Origin: Lachnospiraceae bacterium
Lineage (GTDB): Bacteria; Bacillota; Clostridia; Lachnospirales; Lachnospiraceae
Length of the DNA: 64,000 bases
Assembly (NCBI GenBank): GCA_017467845.1
Contig: JAFUKH010000025.1
Span: 14,041 to 78,040 of the forward strand
Direction: 5' to 3'
Position 1 is the first letter of the stretch; every line of letters begins with the position of its first letter. Shown here one piece after another: positions 58,520 to 64,000 of the stretch. The translations under genes were made by a program, and so were the position numbers. Under the pieces are notes generated by a model. It was given only the letters and a program-made list of their open reading frames with translations. It did no database searches and had not been told where the DNA came from.

Positions 58520-59232
58520 TGAGTGGAAACGCTTCTAAAAAGAGCTTTCTGGATCCAAGGACTAAATTGCTTCTTGTATTAGTGGAAGCAGTGCTTGTAC
58601 TTGCCACGGCAGGGGGAGAGCGACTGTTCTGGTTCCGAATATTGTTTACTGTATTGCCTTTTTTGTTGCTTTTTACAGCCGGAAGATACAAAAGCTGCAT
58701 TACCGGAGGCATTGTGCTTGGAATTACACTGTTTTTGCAGTATGCCGTCTTTCCGAAAGCGCAGGGAGGATTGGCGATGATATTGTTGATTGTTACTTCG
58801 GTCATTACCAGATTCCTTCCGGCGTATCTGATAGGAGCCTATGTGATTCAGACGACTAAGGTCAGTGAATTTAAGGCAGCAATGGAGAAGATGCATATGC
58901 CGGATGAATTGACTATTCCTATGTGTGTTATGTTCCGGTTCTTTCCTACTGTTAGAGAAGAGAGTACATCTATCCAGGCAGCCATGAAAATGAGAGGAAT
59001 CGGAATGGGCGGAAGAAAGGCATCAGAGATGCCGGAGTATCGTTTGGTTCCTATGATTTCCTGTTCTGCGAAAATCGGAGAGGAGCTTTCTGCAGCTGCA
59101 CTTACCAGAGGGCTTGGAAAGTCAAGAAAGCGTACCAATATATGTCGGATTGGTTTTGGGATTTTTGATTACCTGATTTTTGCTCTTGTTCTGGCAACCT
59201 GTGTTTATTGGATAACGGGGGTAATCGGATGA
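58519..59232 (+). CDS. ECF transmembrane component T
   Basis: LDPRTK, VMFRFFPT, AMKMRG, AALTRG. Confidence 0.9.
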   Translation: MSGNASKKSFLDPRTKLLLVLVEAVLVLATAGGERLFWFRILFTVLPFLLLFTAGRYKSCITGGIVLGITLFLQYAVFPKAQGGLAMILLIVTSVITRFLPAYLIGAYVIQTTKVSEFKAAMEKMHMPDELTIPMCVMFRFFPTVREESTSIQAAMKMRGIGMGGRKASEMPEYRLVPMISCSAKIGEELSAAALTRGLGKSRKRTNICRIGFGIFDYLIFALVLATCVYWITGVIG

Positions 59233-60674
59233 TACAGTTTGAAAAGGTTAATTTTACATATACAGCTAATCCGGAGGAAATGAGCCTTAGGAATATTTCC
59301 TTGGCAATAAAGGATGGAGAGTGTGTTCTGCTGACAGGTCCGTCCGGGTGTGGCAAATCAACATTACTGAGGCTCTTGAACGGATTAATACCGGAATTCT
59401 ATGATGGGGACATGACAGGAAAAATATTTATAGATGGAACAGATATTTCGGAAAAGGGTATCTATGATTTTGTGGGAAAAATCGGTACAGTGTTTCAAAA
59501 TCCAAGGTCGCAATTTTTTAATGTGGATACTACAAGTGAGCTGGCTTTTGGATGTGAAAACATGGCAATTCCGGAAGCAGAGATTTTGTCCCGTATGGAA
59601 GGAACGGTATCTGCATTTCGGATTGAAAAGCTTATGGACAGAAATATCTTTGAACTGTCCGGTGGAGAAAAACAAAAAATAGCCTGTGCTTCCATTCATG
59701 TGTTAGGACCGGATATTATCCTGCTGGATGAGCCATCTGCAAATCTGGATTATGAAGCAGCAGAGAATTTGCGACAGATTATTCAGTGCTGGAAAGAGGA
59801 GGGGAAAACCATTCTCATAGCAGAGCATCGAATTAATTATGTCTGGGATTTGGCAGATCGAGTAGTTATTTTTGAGGCTGGCAGAGTGGTGCATGATTTT
59901 GAAAAAAAGGAAATCAGTTCCTTCACCGATGAACAGTGCAGGGGGTATAAGCTGCGTTCTTTGAAGCGCATTTCACCGCAGGAAATTGCTTTTGAAAAAA
60001 GAAACCGGGCGGAGAATCGGAAGAAAAACATAAACGCTGAAGGTAGAGAAGGGAATGATTTCAGGAAAGAGGATATCCGGTTAGAAGGCTTCACTTATGC
60101 CTACAAAAGTGGGGAAAATGTTCTGAACATCCGGAAGATGCAAATCAAAAGAGCAAAAGCCACAGCCATTGTTGGAGCCAATGGCGCAGGAAAGACTACT
60201 TTTCTGGAGTGTCTGTGCGGTATCCGAAAAAATAAAGGGAAGATGTGGCTTGACGGAAAAGAATATGACAGCAAAGCAAGATTAAAAGTAATTTTTATGG
60301 TCATGCAAGATCCGAATCATCAACTTTTTACGGAATCCGTGCTGGATGAAGTGTTGATCAGCATGCCGGAGGAAAACGAGGAAAGAGCAAAGCAGATTCT
60401 GTCACAGGTAGATTTGTCTGATTTTGCAGACAGACATCCTATGTCTCTATCCGGTGGACAAAAACAGCGCGTTGCCCTTGCATGTGCCATTGCATCAGAA
60501 TGTCCGATTTTACTTTTGGATGAGCCTACCAGTGGATTGGATTTGACACACATGCTCGAGGTGGCAGAAATTTTGAATCAGTTAAAGAAACAGGGGAGAA
60601 CTATTATTACGGTAACCCATGACAGCGAGTTTATTGAGAAGTGTTGTGATGAGGTGATAGTGTATGGAAAATAG
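59229..60674 (+). CDS. ECF double-NBD ATPase
   Basis: Two Walker A motifs (GPSGCGKST, GANGAGKTT) and two LSGG signatures. Confidence 0.92.
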   Translation: MIQFEKVNFTYTANPEEMSLRNISLAIKDGECVLLTGPSGCGKSTLLRLLNGLIPEFYDGDMTGKIFIDGTDISEKGIYDFVGKIGTVFQNPRSQFFNVDTTSELAFGCENMAIPEAEILSRMEGTVSAFRIEKLMDRNIFELSGGEKQKIACASIHVLGPDIILLDEPSANLDYEAAENLRQIIQCWKEEGKTILIAEHRINYVWDLADRVVIFEAGRVVHDFEKKEISSFTDEQCRGYKLRSLKRISPQEIAFEKRNRAENRKKNINAEGREGNDFRKEDIRLEGFTYAYKSGENVLNIRKMQIKRAKATAIVGANGAGKTTFLECLCGIRKNKGKMWLDGKEYDSKARLKVIFMVMQDPNHQLFTESVLDEVLISMPEENEERAKQILSQVDLSDFADRHPMSLSGGQKQRVALACAIASECPILLLDEPTSGLDLTHMLEVAEILNQLKKQGRTIITVTHDSEFIEKCCDEVIVYGK

Positions 60675-61644
60675 CAAAAAATATGTCTGGGAAGCATTCC
60701 GGCAGATAGGTGATATTGGAGACTATCGGCTGATAGCTGATACCGGAGATTGTGTGGTAATAAGAGTAGAAAATGAAACAGGAGAAGGGGATATGATCGT
60801 ACATCAGGTATTTGAGGGAGTGTATCTGATGTACAATGACTTCCACATGTCCTATTATGAATCTACCTACCAATCAGTCGAGACGGTTCTGGCAGTGGAT
60901 TTTTGCCGGGAAGGGAGTCTTATGATGGAAGGAGAAAATGGGGCGTGTCAGGTAAAGAAATCAGGAGATGTGTGCCTGGATACCCGTGTCCATCATAAGG
61001 GAATTGTACACTTTCCGACGAATCATTTTCATGGAATCACCATTGGATTTGAAAATAAATTGGCAGAGAAAACATTGATGGAGCAGGCAGCAGGAATACC
61101 GGTGGACATCACTGCTATACGGGAAAAATTTTGTAAAAGTGATGGTTGCTTCTTTATCAGGGAAAATGAAACCTTAAGACGATTGTTCACGGATCTGTAT
61201 CATGTGCCGGAAAGGGCAAAGCAGAGCTATTACAGAACGAAAGTATTGGAGCTTTTGGTCTGTATATCCGCTATGGAAATAGAGGATATGGAGAGTGAGA
61301 AAACATATTTTTATAAAGACAAGATTGAAAAAACAAGTGCTGCAAAACGATTAATGGAAGAGGATCTCAGAAAGGATTACACAATCGAAGAACTGGCGGA
61401 GCGTTTTGACATCTCTCAAACCGCACTGAAATCATGCTTCAAGAATATGTATGGAAAGCCAATCCACACATGGTTTACCGAATATCGTATGCAGAGGGCG
61501 GCGGAAATGCTGATAGGAAAAGAAGATATGAGTATTGGGGATATTGCTTTTTCAGTGGGGTATGAAAGTGCCGGAAAGTTTGCCGGAGTATTTAAACGAG
61601 TGATGGGCATGACTCCGAAAGAGTATCGGAACCAACCACACTAA
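60664..61644 (+). CDS. AraC-family regulator (PchR/YbtA-like)
   Basis: C-terminal VGYESAGKFAGVFKRVMGMTPKEYR; CREG motif; lies between ECF and ABC genes. Confidence 0.88.
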   Translation: MENSKKYVWEAFRQIGDIGDYRLIADTGDCVVIRVENETGEGDMIVHQVFEGVYLMYNDFHMSYYESTYQSVETVLAVDFCREGSLMMEGENGACQVKKSGDVCLDTRVHHKGIVHFPTNHFHGITIGFENKLAEKTLMEQAAGIPVDITAIREKFCKSDGCFFIRENETLRRLFTDLYHVPERAKQSYYRTKVLELLVCISAMEIEDMESEKTYFYKDKIEKTSAAKRLMEEDLRKDYTIEELAERFDISQTALKSCFKNMYGKPIHTWFTEYRMQRAAEMLIGKEDMSIGDIAFSVGYESAGKFAGVFKRVMGMTPKEYRNQPH

Positions 61645-61666
61645 TTATAGGAAGGAGCGAACCGCT

Positions 61667-63433
61667 TTGGAAGAGCAGACAAAACAAAAAGGTTTGATGA
61701 GTTACATCCTCAAATTTGCAGGGGATGACAAGAAGGATTACATAAAAAGTGTTATTTTAGCGTTGATGGGTGTTGTTTTTTCACTGATTCCCTATCTGCT
61801 GATGGGAGATATAGTGAGAAAATTGATGGAAGGAGAGAAGGATTTTGGTTTATTTTTAAAAGAAGGATTGTTGATGGCGGTATGCTGGATTTTGAGAGTA
61901 GTATTTCATACAGCATCCACAAACTTATCCCATAAAACAACATTCCGTTTGTTGGGAAATGTGAGGACTGCGCTTTGCGACAAGCTCTCTCGACTTCCCC
62001 TTGGAACAGTGCTGGATATTCCGTCCGGAGCTATGAAAAACATCATTGTTGAGAGAGTAGATTCCATGGAACCGACTCTTGCCCATGTGGTACCGGAGTT
62101 CACATCCAATATTGCGGCACCGATTTTGATGTTTATTTATCTGCTTACCATAGACTGGAGAATGGCACTGTTATCTCTTGCCACGCTGCCAATCGCTATG
62201 GTGTGCATGATGAGTATGTTCAAGGATTATGAGACACCGTTTAGGCGGACTCAGGATACCACAAAGGTACTCAATGATACAGCAGTGGAATATATTAACG
62301 GAATTGAAGTGATTAAGGCATTTGGTAAGGCGGAAAGCTCCTATCAGAAGTTTGTAGACGCAGCAAAGGACAATGCAAACAGCTTTATTGACTGGATGCG
62401 TTCCTGCATCGTACCTTTTGCAGCGGCAATGGTAATTGCGCCGGCGACGCTGCTTGCAGTTCTGCCTATGGGTGCCATATTTACCATGAATGGTAGCCTG
62501 GCACTGACGGATTTTGTGATGATTATCATTTTGTCCTGTGGACTGATTACACCTTTAGTCACTGTTATGGGATATAATGATGATGTTGGAAAAGCGAAAT
62601 CTATCTTTGGAGAAGTTGATGATGTGCTGGAGTTACCGGAATTAAATCGTCCTGAGAAGAGTAAGGCACTTCCGAAAGACCACAGCATAGAACTTTCTGA
62701 CGTGCGATTTGGTTATAAGGAAAAGGAAGTGTTGCATGGACTGAATTTATCTATTCCGGATGGAAGTGTGACTGCTTTGGTAGGACCATCCGGCAGTGGA
62801 AAATCTACGGTTGCAAGACTGATTGCATCATTATGGGATATCAATGCAGGAAGCATCAAAATCGGCGGTGTGGATATTCGGGATATGTCATTGGCAGATT
62901 ATAATACGCAGGTTGCGTATGTGTCCCAGGATAATTTCCTGTTTGATACTACAATTCGTGAAAACATCCGTATGGGAAGAGCTTCCGCAACAGATGCAGA
63001 AGTAGAACAGGTTGCAAGAAAAAGCGGTTGCTATGATTTTATTATGGGACTGGAAAAAGGATTTGATACGGTTGTCGGAGGAAGCGGTGCACATCTAAGT
63101 GGTGGTGAGCGCCAGAGAATCTCTGTTGCCAGAGCCATGATGAAAGATGCTCCTATTTTGATATTGGATGAAGCTACAGCTTATACAGATCCGGAAAATG
63201 AAGCAATCATCCAGCAGTCGGTGGCTAAGCTGGTACAGGGGAAGACATTGATTGTGATTGCACACAGACTTTCTACCATTGTGGATTCAGACCAGATTAT
63301 TGTGATTCAAGACGGAAATATCAATGCGTGTGGCACACACGAGGAATTGTTGAAACAAGGCGGCTTATATGCCGGGATGTGGAATGCACATATTTCTGCA
63401 AGGGATACTGTAGAGGGAGGTGCAAGAGAATGA
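61667..63433 (+). CDS. ABC transporter TMD+NBD (YbtP/IrtA-like)
   Basis: MEPTLAHVVPE, VEYINGIEVIKAF, GPSGSGKST, LSGGERQR, DEATAYTDPENE; TTG start after GGAAGGAG. Confidence 0.88.
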   Translation: MEEQTKQKGLMSYILKFAGDDKKDYIKSVILALMGVVFSLIPYLLMGDIVRKLMEGEKDFGLFLKEGLLMAVCWILRVVFHTASTNLSHKTTFRLLGNVRTALCDKLSRLPLGTVLDIPSGAMKNIIVERVDSMEPTLAHVVPEFTSNIAAPILMFIYLLTIDWRMALLSLATLPIAMVCMMSMFKDYETPFRRTQDTTKVLNDTAVEYINGIEVIKAFGKAESSYQKFVDAAKDNANSFIDWMRSCIVPFAAAMVIAPATLLAVLPMGAIFTMNGSLALTDFVMIIILSCGLITPLVTVMGYNDDVGKAKSIFGEVDDVLELPELNRPEKSKALPKDHSIELSDVRFGYKEKEVLHGLNLSIPDGSVTALVGPSGSGKSTVARLIASLWDINAGSIKIGGVDIRDMSLADYNTQVAYVSQDNFLFDTTIRENIRMGRASATDAEVEQVARKSGCYDFIMGLEKGFDTVVGGSGAHLSGGERQRISVARAMMKDAPILILDEATAYTDPENEAIIQQSVAKLVQGKTLIVIAHRLSTIVDSDQIIVIQDGNINACGTHEELLKQGGLYAGMWNAHISARDTVEGGARE

Positions 63434-64000
63434 TAGCAATTTTGAGAAGATTTTTTGCATTTTGTGCAGAGGACAACCGGAAAAAGTTTTATAAAACACT
63501 TTGGATGGGAGTATTGATGGCGGTATTAAACGGATTAAAATTCCCGGCAATCGGATTGGTATTACTGGGATTCTTTAATAGTACCATTTCTTATGGAAAG
63601 ATTCTGGCAGGTTTTCTGATTCTATTATGTTCAGTAATTGCCGAAGCGGTTGTAAGAGCCTATTCCACAATGCTGCAGTGCAGAGCAGGTTATGGTGAAT
63701 GCGCGAACAAAAGAATTGAAATTGCGGAACATCTAAGATTCTTACCCATGGGATATTTTAACGACAATAGCCTTGGTAAGATTACGTCTGTTACCACGAA
63801 CACCATGGAAAACCTAGGCGATGTGGCAACCAGAGTGGTTATGCTGACAACGCAGGGAATATTGAACACTGCTATTACAGTTTTGCTCATTCTTCTCTTT
63901 GACTGGAGAATTGGCATGGTATGTCTGGTAGGAATCGGTGTTTTTGCAATTGTAAATCATAATATGCAGAAAATGACAGAGGTAATCTCCCCGCAGAAAG
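63430..64000 (+). CDS. ABC transporter TMD+NBD (YbtQ/IrtB-like), runs off the window
   Basis: ATG overlaps the previous stop; MIAILRRFFAFC...RIEIAEHLRFLPMGYFN..SLG. Confidence 0.85.
   Translation, partial: MIAILRRFFAFCAEDNRKKFYKTLWMGVLMAVLNGLKFPAIGLVLLGFFNSTISYGKILAGFLILLCSVIAEAVVRAYSTMLQCRAGYGECANKRIEIAEHLRFLPMGYFNDNSLGKITSVTTNTMENLGDVATRVVMLTTQGILNTAITVLLILLFDWRIGMVCLVGIGVFAIVNHNMQKMTEVISPQK

Overview
Chromosomal window from a Firmicute; gene content and order point to Clostridia, most likely Lachnospiraceae (inference, not a database result). Almost all genes are on the + strand. 1-37.7 kb is mostly housekeeping: rnj, the mltG-like/trmR/U32 block, glutamine synthetase III, tRNA-Gln(CUG), cstA, a LytTR/GHKL/ABC/ABC module, bifunctional Fkp, cdaR-ftsEX-M23-S41, a glycerol operon, an amino-acid ABC system and an NCS2 permease. 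37.8-64 kb is accessory: a deleted Rpn-like nuclease gene, a tandem repeat, BlaI/BlaR1, a GH127 lipoprotein, a decayed second LytTR/ABC module, GNATs and an MptD-ECF/AraC/ABC locus resembling iron uptake. Best candidates for undescribed biology: (1) a minus-strand three-gene cassette (48.5-52.1 kb) with an RRE/PqqD fused to an HPrK-like kinase, a 164-aa Cys/His-rich protein with a lasso-type YxxPxL leader, and an ABC exporter, without a lasso cyclase or leader peptidase nearby; (2) a dispersed family of covarying, strand-polar hairpin elements (five loci) built from cGNAg triloops and tandem G·A motifs typical of stable ssDNA structure; (3) a 357-nt nested rod-like structure at 21.2-21.6 kb; (4) an Rpn gene that lost its nuclease core but kept a perfect internal SD and a small C-terminal ORF. 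All calls come from reading the sequence; no searches were run.
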